From contig OX597837.1 in NCBI GenBank assembly GCA_951406725.2, positions 4,774,001 to 4,838,000 of the forward strand: a stretch of 64,000 bases of DNA, read 5' to 3'. How positions within the stretch are numbered: position 1 is the first letter of the stretch; each line of letters opens with the position of its first letter. Source of the DNA: Octopus vulgaris (Eukaryota). The position numbers and the translations under genes were made by a program. The notes under the pieces were generated by a model. That model searched no databases. It worked only from the letters and a program-made list of their open reading frames with translations, and was not told the origin of the DNA. Of this stretch, positions 1-14,324 are shown one piece after another.

Positions 1-543
1 GGCCGCAATCTAATGACTGAACCAAGTAAAAGATAAAAGATATTTTCGTTTTTGTACATCAACGCTCATGTTCGTTGGCTTTTCTATTGCTGAGCCTTCC
101 CATTTTAAAAGAGAATGAGATGATTTTGAAGAACATCTGTGACTGCTAATCCTAGAACGACGAACGACAAGGTAAATACCCCATCGTTTGGCTGATTTGC
201 ATATAATTATTCAAGTATGATATTATTTACGTATAATATTATTGCGATGTTAAAGTTTGACATCAGTTATGTGTTCAATTTGACATTAATCTGCTCTGCA
301 CTATGCAATTCAATCAAGCATTAATATTCCAGCGTGAGAAATATGTAAATTATAAACGTAATCTAGATGTTCCTTGTGCAAATTCTTCATATCTGAAATC
401 CGTGCAGTTTTCGAGTTTCTGCATTGCAAAAGTTTACCCTTCTCATATAAGCATTAAGATACGGGTATATCTATGACCGCAGCACATTTGAGCAAACGCT
501 TGCTCCATCATAGCCAGAATAGGGATAAACATCCACTATACTT

Positions 544-705
544 GCGCAGGAGTTGCTGTGTGGTAAGTAGCTTGCTTACCAACTACATGGTTCCGGGTTC
601 AGTCCCGCTGCGTGGTACCTTGGGCAAGTGTCTTCTACTATAGTCTCGGGCCGACCAAAGCCTTGTGAGTGGATTTGGTAGACGGAAACTGAAAGAAGTC
701 CGTCG

Positions 706-765
<60 letters not shown>

Positions 766-960
766 TCCCCACAACATCGCTTGACAAGCGATGCTGGCGT
801 GTTTATGTCCCCGTAACTTAGCGGTTCGGCAAAAGAGACCGATAGAATAAGTACTAGGCTTACAAAGAATAAGTCCTGGAGTCGATTTGCTCGATCGACT
901 AAAGGCGATGCTCCAGCATGGCCACAGTCAAATGACTGAAACAAGTAAAAGAATAAAAGG
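544..960 (+). mobile_element. tRNA-derived SINE, family A (internal (TA)n(TG)n microsatellite), full length
   Basis: A-box-like TTGCTGTGTGG and B-box-like GGTTCAGTCC in the head, internal microsatellite 706-762, tail ending GACTGAAACAAGTAAAAGAATAAAAG. More than 10 homologous copies or fragments occur in the window. Confidence 0.85.
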
Positions 961-1299
961 GTATATATTTTTTTCATGAGGTAAAATATTTACAAAGCCA
1001 ATGGGTTTCTCTTTTGCTAATCATGACTAAGAAATTAATGACATTATTACAATTTCAATGTATCATAAGAAGTTTTTAGTCCATGCTAGGAACAGAAACG
1101 TTGTTTCGTAAATGAATCCGTAGCGAAATAAATCTAAGGGGAAGTAATTAGTGATTATATATACTGTGGTAAACGTTCCGAGAAATCGTCTCGCATTGAC
1201 GACAAACGTGTAAATGCAGAGATTAGATCGGTTAACGTAATTTTGTCAGCACCAGCGCAGAGTTTATTCATTGTCGACCATGAGCTAAACAGCAGCAGA

Positions 1300-1344
1300 T
1301 ACTACAACTACTACTACTTCTACTACTACTACTACTACTACTAC

Positions 1345-1375
<31 letters not shown>

Positions 1376-1376
1376 A

Positions 1377-1444
<68 letters not shown>

Positions 1445-1642
1445 CATTATTATTATTATTATCATCATTGTCTTTATTCTAACAATGATCGCATTAATTC
1501 TTTTTGTTTTCTTGTATAATATTTCCAGTGCTTGGAATTCTGTGATTCGTGCGATACACCGTTGATTCACAAATACTTCAAAACTCCATAGTCGTCGTTG
1601 GCACGCTATAGTAGTAGTAGTAGCAGTAGTAGTAGCAGCAGC

Positions 1643-1694
<52 letters not shown>

Positions 1695-1730
1695 ATAGTA
1701 GTAGTTGTTGTTGTTGTTGCTGCTGCTGTT
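1300..1730. repeat. Compound trinucleotide microsatellites (CTA/TAA/TTA; GTA/GCA/GTT)
   Basis: Read directly from the sequence. Confidence 0.95.
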
Positions 1731-2279
1731 GCTATATCTGTACATCATATGTAACAACGAAAAAGTAAGCCTTGTGTTTCCGACGTAAAAGGAAAACAAA
1801 AAAAGTCAAAAAATTTATCTGTCAGAGTTTGTCCTTCTTTTGCCAAACACAATAAAACTTCATAAGCCGCCATTTGTTTTGTTAATTTTCATCTTTTAAT
1901 CACTTTGTTGTTCTCGTTATCATCATCGTCCTCGTTGTTGTTGTAATTTTTGTTCTTGTGGTTGTTGTTGCTTTTGGTTTTAATTATCCTCCCCAGTCAA
2001 AAACAAAACATAAATAACTATTCCCCCATCTTCATCTTCTGCTCTCAACAGATATTTCAAGAAATATTTATTTACTATCTCTGAACGAGGTAAAGACAGT
2101 AACTGCACGACAATGTGAAGTATATTTGCCATCTAAATATGGCTAACCACTAAGGGTGGATGTTACAGTAGCTTGTAGCCCCAGGAGAACATCTTCTCCA
2201 GCTGGCTATTGACACACTTTCTGTGCCCTATCGGTATTTGCAAAGGGAGGTCATCCTTCCCTCGTCAACCTAAGTGATA

Positions 2280-2324
2280 CGCACGGACTGCAGTTTCTAG
2301 GTATTGACCCGTCATCAGCGCACG
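2280..2324 (-). ncRNA. Minimal type I hammerhead ribozyme motif in a PLE pLTR-like repeat (about 2060-2340)
   Basis: Minus strand: cgtgcg-CTGATGA-c-GGGT-caat-ACCT-a-GAAA-CTGCAG-TC-cgtgcg. Stem I is 6 bp with GU pairs; stem III is the palindrome ACTGCAGT. Confidence 0.75.
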
Positions 2325-2569
2325 ACAATCACCAGTTTTCGATTATGATTATCTCACAACGCCGCTCAAGCCAATGAGGAAAACTTCCACGTGGTCACCC
2401 GTCCTAGTTGCTAGAAATAGTAACAGTCCTCCACAGTCCATCCGTTTTCTCCGCCCGATATTCCTAATCGTTGGGCTAGGGTCTTCAGATACCTCTTCCG
2501 TATGGTAGTCGTATAAAAAAACAAAACTTCCTTAGATTTTCCGGATGGATTCCCAAGCGTGGCCGCCAC

Positions 2570-2700
2570 AGACGATAGATATTATCTTGGTATACTCCTA
2601 CGTTTCTTGCCAGTTAGCACGGCTTGAAGAATCTGGTTTGCGACTATTTAATGCGACGTCCTAATTACATGTCTCTAGTACAGAAACCTTAACCTTTCAG
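2570..2700 (-). pseudogene. Degenerate RTE-clade LINE C-terminal fragment
   Basis: Minus-strand translation HVIRTSH*IVANQILQAVLTGKKRRSIPR resembles the RTE GHVxR...GKRxRGRPR tail. Confidence 0.4.
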
Positions 2701-2717
2701 GGCGCTGAAGTAGCAAG

Positions 2718-3108
2718 AAGGCGGCAAGCTGGCAGAGACGTTAGCACGCCGGGCAAAATGCTTAGCGGTATTTCGTCTGCCATTACGTTCTGAATTCAAA
2801 TTCCGCCGAGGTCGACTTTGCCTTTCATCCTTTCGAGGTCGATTAAATAAGTACCAGTTACGCACTGGGGTCGATATAATCGACTTAATCCGTTTGTCTG
2901 TCCTTGTTTGTCCTCTCTGTCTTTAGCCCCTTGTGGGTAGTAAAGAAATAAAAAAAGGTATTTCGTCTGCCGCTACGTTCTGAGTTCAAATTCTGCCGAG
3001 GTCGACTTTACCTTCATGCTTTCGGATTACATCTCACTGGGGTCGATGCAATCGACTTAATCCCTTTGACTGTCCTTCTTTCACCCCTTCTGAGCAATAA
3101 AGAAATAT
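2718..3108 (+). mobile_element. tRNA-derived SINE, family B (dimeric form)
   Basis: Head GGCGGCAAGCTGGCAGA...TTCAAATTCC, central GTCGACTTTGCCTTTCATCCTTTCGAGGTCGATTAAATAAGTACCAG (resembles the Meta/MESC SINE domain, from memory). A second headless unit starts at about 2957. Confidence 0.85.
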
Positions 3109-3196
3109 GAAGTAACGACAAGGCCTAAAGAGACTCCCTGATCTTCGAGAAACGCAACCTATTGGGGATTTTTAATCGACAGTCTCTTCGAAGGAG

Positions 3197-3483
3197 CCCC
3201 AGATATTGCTCCTTCTGATTTCCTCTTATTCAGGTCTCTGCAGAATAGTCTTAATGGTAAAAATCTCAATTCCTTGGATGACGTAAAAAGATACCTTGAT
3301 GAATTATTTTCCATGAAACCCCCTCAATTCTGAGAAGAGGGTATTTTCAAGTTAAAGGAAAGATGGAGACGCATTGTGCAACAAAATGGTTCATATTTAG
3401 TTGATTTAAAATGTAATGGCAAGTATTTATTGACTTTTTTCTTTCCTTTAAAAATCGGTAGGAACTTTCCGGACAACCCAATA
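3197..3483 (+). mobile_element. mariner transposon 3' fragment (transposase C-terminus plus TIR)
   Basis: PDIAPSDFLLFRSLQNSLNGKNLNSLDDVKRYLDELFSMKPPQF*EEGIFKLKERWRRIVQQNGSYLVD, followed by TIR-like AACTTTCCGGACAACCCAA-TA. Confidence 0.85.
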
Positions 3484-3519
3484 GTTTGTTTACGTTCTTT
3501 TCTTTTGGTGAGGAGAGGA

Positions 3520-4125
3520 TAAACCCAAGGCCAACTTTATTCCAAAGTGATCTTGCCTCGATATCTTTACTTATTATCCCGACGTTTGTTTTGGTGGCGT
3601 TGATGTGTCTACAAGATGAGAGATTGTTTACAAATTTAGACTTATGGTCCTTAAATGTAAAGCACTAATTTTGTTGAGCTAATGCTTTTAATCTCTCGAT
3701 TATGTCTAGATCAATTACTATCTTTTACCGTTTCTGCATTGAGTATCATTTACATTCACTGTAATATTTTTTTTTGTATGAGATGGTGCTACTACTGTTA
3801 GATAGGAATGTCTGGTTGTTTTGTTTGGCCAATCAATGTTTTGCCTTATCAGATTGTACAAAAATGTTTTTATTGATATTGAAGCAATTTTTCTTTAAGT
3901 CTTTCTGGAATTGGTTTCTGGTATTTTTGAGTTTAATAATACTGATCATTCCGAAAAAGGTCATCTCCGAATGGCTGTAGAATATTGTTTAGAGGCGGTC
4001 GTTTGTTTGTATTGAAAGAATAACCGACGCTCACGTTGGCGTTTTCGTCGTCATCTTTCCTGAACAAAAGAAAGCGCAACTCTTTGATAAAATGTTCCCT
4101 TTTGTGTCAAAGACATTTTAGTTGT
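3520..4125 (-). pseudogene. Penelope-like element RT N-terminal fragment (second lineage, Nematis-like), frameshifted
   Basis: Minus-strand pieces GYSFNTNKRPP..LQPFGDDL / NQFQKDLKK..IFVQSDK / FTFKDHKSKFVNNLSSCRHINATKTNVGIISK. The last piece matches LKHHKQNFISNPVRLICPTKSDIGKISK at 31.7 kb. Confidence 0.7.
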
Positions 4126-4351
4126 ATTTCTCTAGAATGGATGATAATAATCTTAACGGAAAGGTCAAGGTAGCGTGTTTCCATAATTCAGCAGATATGT
4201 TCTCTTTTGCTCAGAGAAATATACTAAAAGTAACTTTATTAACAAAGAAAACTTTCTCGTACTGGCATATGTAAAAACTTTTTGCAACTGTAAAGTTTCG
4301 TGCAAGTTTTAGACTATAAAACTTCCAAAGCCAGAATAGATAAGCGGACGC

Positions 4352-4545
4352 AAGGCGGCGAGCTGGCAGAATCGTCAGCACGCCGGGCGAAATGCTTAGC
4401 GGTATTTCGTCTGCCGATCCCTGCTGTACTCTTTCGCCACAACTTTCTCTCGCTCTTTCTTATGTTGGCCTGCTTCCTTATCCAGCGGGGTAGCGTCATT
4501 TGAAGGCTAAAACAATGCGAAGCGCAGTGTGAGCGGCGATGTCAA
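4352..4545 (+). mobile_element. Chimeric SINE: family B head joined to family C' body and tail
   Basis: 4352-4415 matches the B head; 4416 onward matches about 22477-22600. Confidence 0.7.
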
Positions 4546-5304
4546 AACAAGATAGGAGAAGGCTGATCCAAGTCATCACTGAAACTGTAAAAATCTGTAA
4601 AACTTTCTAGAGGTTTATCATTTAAGTATATATGAGCATGTCTAGACGTGCAAATATATGCATGAGAATACATACATAAAACAAAACATGAAAATCGGCA
4701 CATATACATACATTCATACAAAATTACTCGGTTGATGTTGAAATGTCGATGAAGGAGCCTTGGATCGAGGTTAGAAACCGTTTCTTTCTCTATTGGCAAG
4801 AAATCTTGAAATAATCTGAGAAATGATATGCATGTATATACGACGGACTTCCTCATAGTTTCCACTACGAAATTCACTGCCAGGCATTGGTCGGTCCGCA
4901 GCTACAGTCGAAGACACTTTCTTGGTGCCGCAGGGTGAGACTGAACCCGGAACCGCGTAGATTCAAAACGAGCTTCCATAATACCACAGCCGTGCTTGCA
5001 ACTATGCTCTTTCATAGATCATAATAAGTATCCTTCAGGCTACTATACAAACGCCTACTCTGTTCACTACAAGAAAATGCAGCACGAATGGTCGCTCGAC
5101 TTGCTAGAAATAGCAGGCGAATTGGTTTCTAAATCAAAAACCTCCCCCAAAAAGATGGTTATGGCTGAACGACATATTGATCAGAGATGAAACGAAGCGG
5201 AACAACAACGATTTTACAAATAATAGTTTGAGGTCGGTCTTATAAACACCGCAAATAAGCCATTATATGTACAATCGCTTTCTATCACCATCAATATATT
5301 GCTT

Positions 5305-5980
<676 letters not shown>

Positions 5981-6479
5981 CCGTTTGAAGCTATACTGCG
6001 AAAACAATCAACTGATTGCTACGTGTTCTTTACACGTAATTAAGAATTTTCATTGCTTTACAACAAAGCCTGTCTGCTAGCATTCTGTTTACGCTCCTAA
6101 AACTCATCGTCTATTTCGCTTATATATACACCCACACACACGAGCATACAATCACCTAAACAGAAATACACACGTATATATACATATGTGTGTGTGTGTG
6201 TGTTTGTGTTTGTGTAGATATATATGTATGCGTGTATATATGCATAGATATATATGTACACTTATATATATATACATACATTTATGATATATTTATATAT
6301 ATATATACAGAAAGAGAGAGAGAGAGAGAGAGAGATGCTTACACACACACATACGCACACGCACGCACACACTCACACACACACACATCTTTGTCCACTG
6401 ATTTGATCTTGTATTGTGACAGGATTATTGCTGCCATTAAAAACACAGACTTTTGTTTTTATTTTCATTCTTCTTATTA

Positions 6480-6494
6480 ATATTGTTGTTGTTG

Positions 6495-6567
<73 letters not shown>

Positions 6568-6611
6568 TATTGTTATTATTATTATTATTATTATTATCAT
6601 CATCATCATCA

Positions 6612-6678
<67 letters not shown>

Positions 6679-6698
6679 CATTATTATCATCATCATCA

Positions 6699-6762
<64 letters not shown>

Positions 6763-6792
6763 CATCATCATTATTATTATTACCATTATTAT
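6480..6792. repeat. (TTA)n/(TCA)n microsatellite
   Basis: Read directly from the sequence. Confidence 0.95.
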
Positions 6793-7170
6793 TAACTCTG
6801 TTGAATGCAGATGAATTAGATATCGTTTACAACTTCCTCCGGAATAAAATACTTTACGAAATGAAGTGGAGGTTTTTTTTATCAAAAATACTCATATACA
6901 GATAACTTCCTAAAGTCCTAAAGTTCGAAGTCTCTTTTAAGACGGTTTAAAAAAACAAAACAAATACGTAAGGTTGCTGGTGTCTTTGTATTTACTTTTG
7001 GGCAAAGGTTTGTTTTCTTTTTGCACGTCATCAACATAGATAAATATAGTCAGAAACGTTTCACGCCAGCCCTCAAAAACACCGCTCGAAAATCGTACGA
7101 AATATACTCAGTTCTTACACACGGAAACGTATAATGTTTTAATTATAACTGAAATATTATTTACATAATT

Positions 7171-7390
7171 CTCTTTCTCTTTCTCTTTTACTTGTTTCAG
7201 GCATTTGAATGCGGCCATGCTGGAGCACCGCCTTTTAGTCGAGCAAATCGACCCCGGGACTTATTCTTTGTAAGCTCAGTACTTATTCTATCGGTCTCTT
7301 TTGCCGAACCGCTAAGTGACGGGGACGTAAACACACCAGCATCGGTTGTCAAGCAATGCTAGGGGGACAAACACAGACATACATACACAC

Positions 7391-7456
<66 letters not shown>

Positions 7457-7618
7457 GACAGGCTTCTTTCAGTTTTCGTCTACCAAATCCACTCACAAGG
7501 CTTTGGTCGGCCCGAGACTATAGTAGAAGACACTTGCCCAAGGTACCACGCAGCGGGACTGAACCCGGAACCATGTAGTTGGTAAGCAAGCTACTTACCA
7601 CACAGCCACTCCTGCGCC
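7171..7618 (-). mobile_element. SINE family A, full length, probable 13-bp TSD
   Basis: Reverse complement of 544-960. Flanks are tatttacataatt (7158-7170) and tatttacattatt (7619-7631). Confidence 0.85.
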
Positions 7619-7659
7619 TATTTACATTATTTACATTTGTCCTCATCTTGTTTGTTGTT

Positions 7660-7705
7660 AACACAACGTTTCGGCCAATACGCTCTCCTGCCTTCTTCAG
7701 GTGTC
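7660..7705 (-). ncRNA. Minimal hammerhead motif (copy 1 of SINE-like family E, about 7633-7780)
   Basis: gacac-CTGAAGA-a-GGC...GCC-GAAAC-GTT-gtgtt; stem I is 5 bp. Confidence 0.7.
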
Positions 7706-7993
7706 CTGGGGAAATTTCGAACCTGGGTTCTCATTCCTAAGGTATTTTTCTATGTTATTATTATTATTATTATTCAGGTCTAGTGATGTGCACTAGATTA
7801 TTTACACTAGACCTAAATTATTAGGTCTTGTGATGTGCACCTAGTAATGAAGATGAGGATGGGGTAATAATATTTGCTGATCCACCAATTATGCTTGGTG
7901 TAGCCTTGGGATCGACTACCTTCAATGATTCGCTCTTGTTGTTGCTGTTGTTGTCTTAAGCTTTTTTTTTTTTTGTTCATCTTGTTTGTTGTT

Positions 7994-8039
7994 AACACAA
8001 CGTTTCGGTTGAGACACTCTCCAGCCTTCTTCAGGTGTC
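7994..8039 (-). ncRNA. Minimal hammerhead motif (copy 2 of family E, about 7972-8125, with tRNA B-box upstream)
   Basis: gacac-CTGAAGA-a-GG...CC-GAAAC-GTT-gtgtt, with CCCAAGATTCCGAGTTCGATTCCAGGC upstream (8099-8125 minus). Confidence 0.7.
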
Positions 8040-8527
8040 CTGGGAAAATTTCGAACCTGGGTTCTCATTTCGATGTTATTATTATTATTCAGGTCACTGC
8101 CTGGAATCGAACTCGGAATCTTGGGAAGAGACCCAACGAGAAATGTAGTTCTAGATATTAAAGAAAAAAGCCGAAAACTGACAGAACGGTGACGGATAGA
8201 ACGTTATTGAATCTACATGCAACTGCTCGATTCGTTAAGCAACAAATTGTAGCATATTAAAAGCGATGGAAAACATGGTTAAGAATTTCTTTCCAAAAAC
8301 TTTAATTTTCATTCCTATATCAGGGACTGCTAGTGGCAGTTCCATAGAGCCGTAGCTAACGGGGACATGCCCTTTTATCTCAAAAACAAGTCGCTTTTCG
8401 CCCTTGGCAAAGTTGATAGAAGCAATGCTGTGTTTCACATGAGCAAAATATTTGGTACAAATGTTATTCAAAGCTATGCGTCTGTCGGCTACATGGGACC
8501 CTTGTCTCTTGGGAAAGGAGTTTCATG

Positions 8528-8702
8528 CAGCGGAGTAGCTAGAGTATGTGCCATCCGAAGCGGCCCTTAAGTTTACGCTCACACCTGGCACCCCCGGGCC
8601 TTAAGCCTATACAGGCATTTACAGCAAAACCAAAAGTGCTGCTCCCATGAGAGCGTCGGCAGGAGAGGACCGAACCCTCGATCCCCTTAGCTACGCCGCC
8701 AG
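8528..8702. mobile_element. Possible hAT-type MITE
   Basis: Imperfect terminal inverted repeats CAGCGGAGTAGCTAG / TTAGCTACGCCGCCAG around about 175 bp of GC-richer sequence. Confidence 0.4.
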
Positions 8703-9730
8703 TTTCCTGACAGCTCGCATTCTCCAATACATTCACTTCAACTCTGGTCTGTTTTAACCATTTTTTTTTTACCTATGGACATCTTTAAGTCTTTTCATTT
8801 TTTTTTTATTCATGTGGACCCTCACAGTAACAGCTAGATGTGAATACATTGCTTTCTACGAAGTTCCAGGTTCAATACCACTACATGGCACCTTGGGCAA
8901 ACATCTTCTACTATAACCCAGGGCTTATGTGCGGATTTGTAAGACGGAAACTGAAAGCAATCTGTCGTATACATGTGTGTTTTTATGCGTGTGTTTTGCT
9001 GTAGTGCTGCTATTTCTCGCAGGTCAAGCGTCTGCATAATTTAGAAGTTTTCTTTTTTGCTAACGATGCTGTAATTTTGTTAGGCCTGGAAATAAAGATG
9101 TAGATACGAGATCTACCAGGTGATCATGCTTTTTCTCCATTTTTTCCTTCTGTCAATATCTCTGCATATATATTATTTTTTTGTCTTACATTGCTTAGTT
9201 TGATAACGAAAACATGTAACATGCAATTTGCCATTTACTCTTAGACAAAGTTCCATTAAATACAATCCAATATCTCATATATCTTCCAACAAAAACAAAA
9301 AGAATCAGTGATAAACAAAACCACTTTTAATCGAGCAACAAACCTATCAGAATAAATCGACGCGAATAAGAAGAAAGAAGAAAGAATAAAGGATAAAGAA
9401 TAAAGAATAAAGAACCGAGGATAAAACTAAAAAGAAACACATATATTCTGTAGAACAAATCTTGGAGAATAACAAAGTCAGGAAGTGAAATGGCCTGAAG
9501 CATGAATATAGTGTTTAAAATATCTTGTAGTCTTAAACAGGTGATCAAAAATGGTAAAAAGGATTGCCGTGATGAATTACATTACTACAAACAATACGTA
9601 TCCAAGTATTGTTTTATGAAAGACGACGCCATTTTCCTTAAACGAGGTAATAGTAGTATCTATACATCAGCAGTGGTTATATAAGAGTCACCTTATCTGC
9701 TAGAAATAGATAGAAAATATCTATCTATTG

Positions 9731-10022
9731 AAGGCGGCGAGCTGGCAGAAATGTTAGCACACCAGGCGAAATGCTTAGAGGTATTTTGTCTGCCGCTACG
9801 TTCTGGGTTCAAATTCCGTCGAGGTTGACTTTGCCTTTCATCCTTTCGGGGTCGATAAATTAAGTACCAGTTACGCACTGGGGTCGATGTAATCGACTTA
9901 ATCCGTTTGTCTGTCCTTGTTTGTCCTCTCTGTGTTTAGCCCCTTGTGGGTAGTAAGGAAATAGGTATTTTGTCTGCCGTTACGTTCTGAGTTCAAATTC
10001 CGCCGAAGTCGACTTTGCCTTT
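9731..10022 (+). mobile_element. SINE family B with partial second unit
   Basis: Homologous to 2718-3108. Confidence 0.85.
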
Positions 10023-10857
10023 AAGATAGCGTAAACTGTGCTCTAAATGGAAGTGTTGTCAAATTCTATTTAATGGACTCAACGATGTTCTAAAATAAGT
10101 CGAAAGCTAAGCTACTATAAATCGGCACGAACTTTCCGTACAACCCAATACAATATTCATCTACGAAACTGACGAAGGACCCATTTACCCCTTCTTTAAA
10201 TTTTACATATACATATTCTAGGAAGCGTAAGATGCCAGCACATTTCTATACAGAACTGTAACTTCAGCATAGCACATATATTTACAATGACACGGCATGT
10301 ATAAATTTATGAATTGCGGAAACGATATATTTTAAATCGTGTTATATCCTAACATGGTATCCCCATAGAAAACTATCAATGATAGCGAAGAGAACTCGTT
10401 AGAGACAGAGAAACCATAAACTCGTAATCTGTTATCTATGCCTTTAACGTTCGTGTCTGCCTTTCAAATGATAGTTCTGTTAATATTTATTTTTATAGGA
10501 CTTGTTAAATAATTTTCTCTGTAAATTATGCGCTGCTGCGGTTCAACACAGCAAATACGTTTGCAGTAACGAGCATGAAATTGTGAATATCGGAATACAT
10601 GAATATATATATATATGATGTACGTCTCCTTGCTTGTAAATATAATTTTCAGAGTCGTTTCTAGGGAAAATCAAAATTAACCAGATATACTGCAATGCGT
10701 TGCTTGTTTGAATGTTATCATGATAGGAAAACGATAAAATAATGATTACACACGTGAAGGCGCAGTTGAACGATTAAGAAATTCGCTTCTGGGTATAATC
10801 CCGCTGCAGGACGCGTCTGACAAAGTGTCATCTATTACATATATAAATCCGGGTAAG

Positions 10858-11081
10858 CGCGGCGAGGTGGAGAAACGTTAGCACACCGGGCGAAATGCGT
10901 AGCCGTATTTCGTCTGTCGTTACGTTCTGGGTTCAAATTCCGCCGAGGTCGACTTTGCCTTTCATCCTTTCCAGGTCGATTAAATAAGTACCAGTTACGT
11001 ACTGGGGTCGATATAATCGACTTAATCTGTTTGTCTGTCCTGGTTTGTCCTCTCTGTGTTTAGCCCCTTGAAATAAAGAAA
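10858..11081 (+). mobile_element. SINE family B
   Basis: Homologous to 2718-2950. Confidence 0.85.
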
Positions 11082-11339
11082 TATAAATATGCGGTGATAT
11101 ACATATTGAACTTCTAAGAGAGCTGGAACCAAGCTTTCGCATGTATAGTTATACCAACCCCCTAACAGAATGCCACTTCACAGTTCTAAAATTCCCATTC
11201 ATCCTGATAAAAGTAAGGACCAGGTACTGCACTGTCTTAGGGTTCAAAGACTTACGGCTATTTAGTATCTTGTCAAAAACTTGAGAGCCCTAAATGGAAT
11301 TAGAGTAGATTTTTTTAAGAAGTATCTTGGCAGGGGAAT

Positions 11340-12290
11340 CCAAATGGTGGGGGAAAATGGAGAAAAATGGTAAATGAGTCAGTTGTTGTTTGCTGAGGAT
11401 AGAGCACTGGTGGCGGGTTCGAAAGTGCGAGTGAGGAGACCGGTGGTAGAGTTTGGAAGAGTGTGTGAGGGGAGGAAACTGAAAGTGGATGTAGATAAGG
11501 GTACGAGAGATGGAATGGTTGGTGACATGGATGTGAGTATAAATGGTGAGATGTTAGAGGAAGTGAGTGTTTTTAAGTACCTGGGATCACGTGTGACGGC
11601 GGATGGGGGTTGGCTGAGGAAGTGGGGTACAGAGTGAAGGAGCGGAGTAAGATACTAGGTGTTGTACAAGGTATGCTGAGCGATAAAGGGTTGAGTATGA
11701 GAGAGAAAAGTGTGGTTGCAGAGTGGTGGAAAGGAGGCAACTAGATGTGTTTGAGATGGGATGTTTGAGGGCTATGGCTGGTGTGACACGGATGGACAGG
11801 ATGAGGAATGAGGAGGTGAAAAGTCGAACAGGAATGAGAGAACAACTAACAACCAAAATGGATGGACGAACGTTGAAGTGGTTTCACCACAATGAGAAGA
11901 TTGGTGAGGAGCAGATGGCTAGGAGGGTGATGAGGCCAGTGGTGGTAAGCAGCAGAACCAGAGGCAGACCTCAGTTTGTTTAGATGGATGGAGTGAGGAA
12001 AGCTTTGGTGGTTAGAGGTGTTGGAGTGAGAGAGGCAAGAGAGTTTATAAATGATAGGAAAGCTAGGAGAGTGTTTGTGGACGGATGAGTGAATTTGATG
12101 TTGATCAAAGGGGTACGGGACCAGCTTGATGCGGCAGGAGTAAACAAGCATATGCTGTCGGGTCCCGCTGCTTATACTGGGGGTTGCATTCTATGCTTTG
12201 ACCCGAACATAGGACGAGGCTCACCGCTGAATGGAATGTCTAGTGTGTGTTTTGTTGTAGCTGTTTTGAGGAGATTTTTCCCTCTTTCTT
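11340..12290 (+). pseudogene. RTE-clade LINE, 5'-truncated RT C-terminus and 3' UTR
   Basis: LLFAED (FADD-like), EEVSVFKYLGS, FEMGCLRAMAGVTRMDRMRNEEV, LKWFHH and RTRGRP across frameshifts. Confidence 0.85.
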
Positions 12291-12604
12291 AAAGGGTGTG
12301 ATTACTTTCGAGACAGTACTTCTTGATACACCAAACATTTCGGCTGTTTTCGTTACGCTAGCGCCTGCCACACGCGCACCAACTATTTAACCTCTTTGAA
12401 AGTCCGATAGATCTGTCATTTTAAAGAATTTTAATTAACTTTCTTTTATGATATCTGAAAAGAAACAGCAATTTTATCAAAACATATTAAGCAACACTAA
12501 TAATAGATGAAAAAACAGTAAAATAAACAAGCTTTTGACAGTTTTATAGATATTTCAAAATTATGATGCTATGATGCTAGGTTTTTCCATCATTTTGTTC
12601 AATC

Positions 12605-13079
<475 letters not shown>

Positions 13080-13136
13080 TATGGGTGTGCGTGATTGTAT
13101 ATAGATTGTGTATAGACAAGGTTGGAATTCCTTTTA

Positions 13137-13187
<51 letters not shown>

Positions 13188-13222
13188 GTATGTATATATA
13201 TATATGTATGTATGTATGTATG

Positions 13223-13258
<36 letters not shown>

Positions 13259-13539
13259 TGTATGTATGTATGTATGTATGTATGTATGTATGTATATATC
13301 CGCTTTGTATGGATATTTTATCCTATCTCAACTGTACTATCAGCGTTTATGCGTTTGAAAATAAATTATTATCTCATTTGTATCGCGAAGACCACATTTC
13401 GGCGCTTCTAAAGCAAACTTTGGTTCGTTTGCATTTATCGTGAATAAACGTGTGTGTATGTGTGTGTATGTGTGTGTATGTGTGTGTGTGAGTGTGTGTG
13501 TATTGTTCTTTAGCAAAAATAATATTGAAAGTAACTTCG

Positions 13540-14040
13540 AAGCTTCGGCTGGCTAAGGCATCATCGAACTGCGATGCTTTTGAATTTATCTTGGCTTTAT
13601 ATAGTCTCAGCTGAATTAAGACTTTTTTATTGTAAGCTGAGTTCTGTTGAATGGTAAAGAGGTTGTATGGTAAGTCGTGATGGCAAGATATATTAGAGAA
13701 TGCTTATTGATAAAATTTGGAAATGCGCTATTGTTCAAAATTTACTCCTAAACGTAGAACGCTATAATCAGGCTTGTATATTTAGATGTGTCATCTTCAG
13801 GTTATAGGCGTCCACAAAATAGTGTAGTTAGGTTCTTGGTCAGCAGATGTGTCACTCAGTTTGATTGTTGTTGTTGGTTAGTTTCCATTCAAGAGACACT
13901 TATTCCCAGCTTTGAAATTACACCTATGTTATGGTGGATGGATTGTCGATGAATAGGATTGTAATATTTCAACATTAGCTAACAGGAGCTCCGCATCCTG
14001 AGGTTCACAATTTTAGGGTAAACAAGGAGATCCTCTGTAT
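13540..14040 (-). pseudogene. Possible highly degenerate PLE linker/EN remnant
   Basis: Minus-strand CNFKAGNKCLLNGN resembles [15 protein letters not shown] of the 29 kb ORF; a degenerate HHR-like string lies at about 13540-13570. Confidence 0.3.
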
Positions 14041-14079
14041 TTATATAAAAGATATGCATTTATATACAATATCTATATC

Positions 14080-14171
<92 letters not shown>

Positions 14172-14324
14172 AACGAAAAATCCAGTGAAATCCGTGAAAC
14201 TAGAATCAGTATATCCAGGGGTAATCCGGCTGGGATGCTGGTATGTAGATGAAGATATGCAAGTCCAAAGAGTAAGAAGTTAAGGCAGGGTAAAACAGGT
14301 GTGATCATGTGAGCGTATAATGTA

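Noticed and set aside
576-977. Recurring ORFs inside SINEs ([14 protein letters not shown]..., MKGKVDLGGI)
   Set aside because: They recur only because the non-coding SINE recurs, and frames and stops vary among copies.
4740-4790. TCGATGA-AGG-hairpin-GAAACCG string near a short TA run
   Set aside because: The core and cleavage triplet are too degenerate to call from one copy.
10163-10195. GAAACTGACGAAGG motif
   Set aside because: The core words are adjacent with no supporting stems; probably chance.
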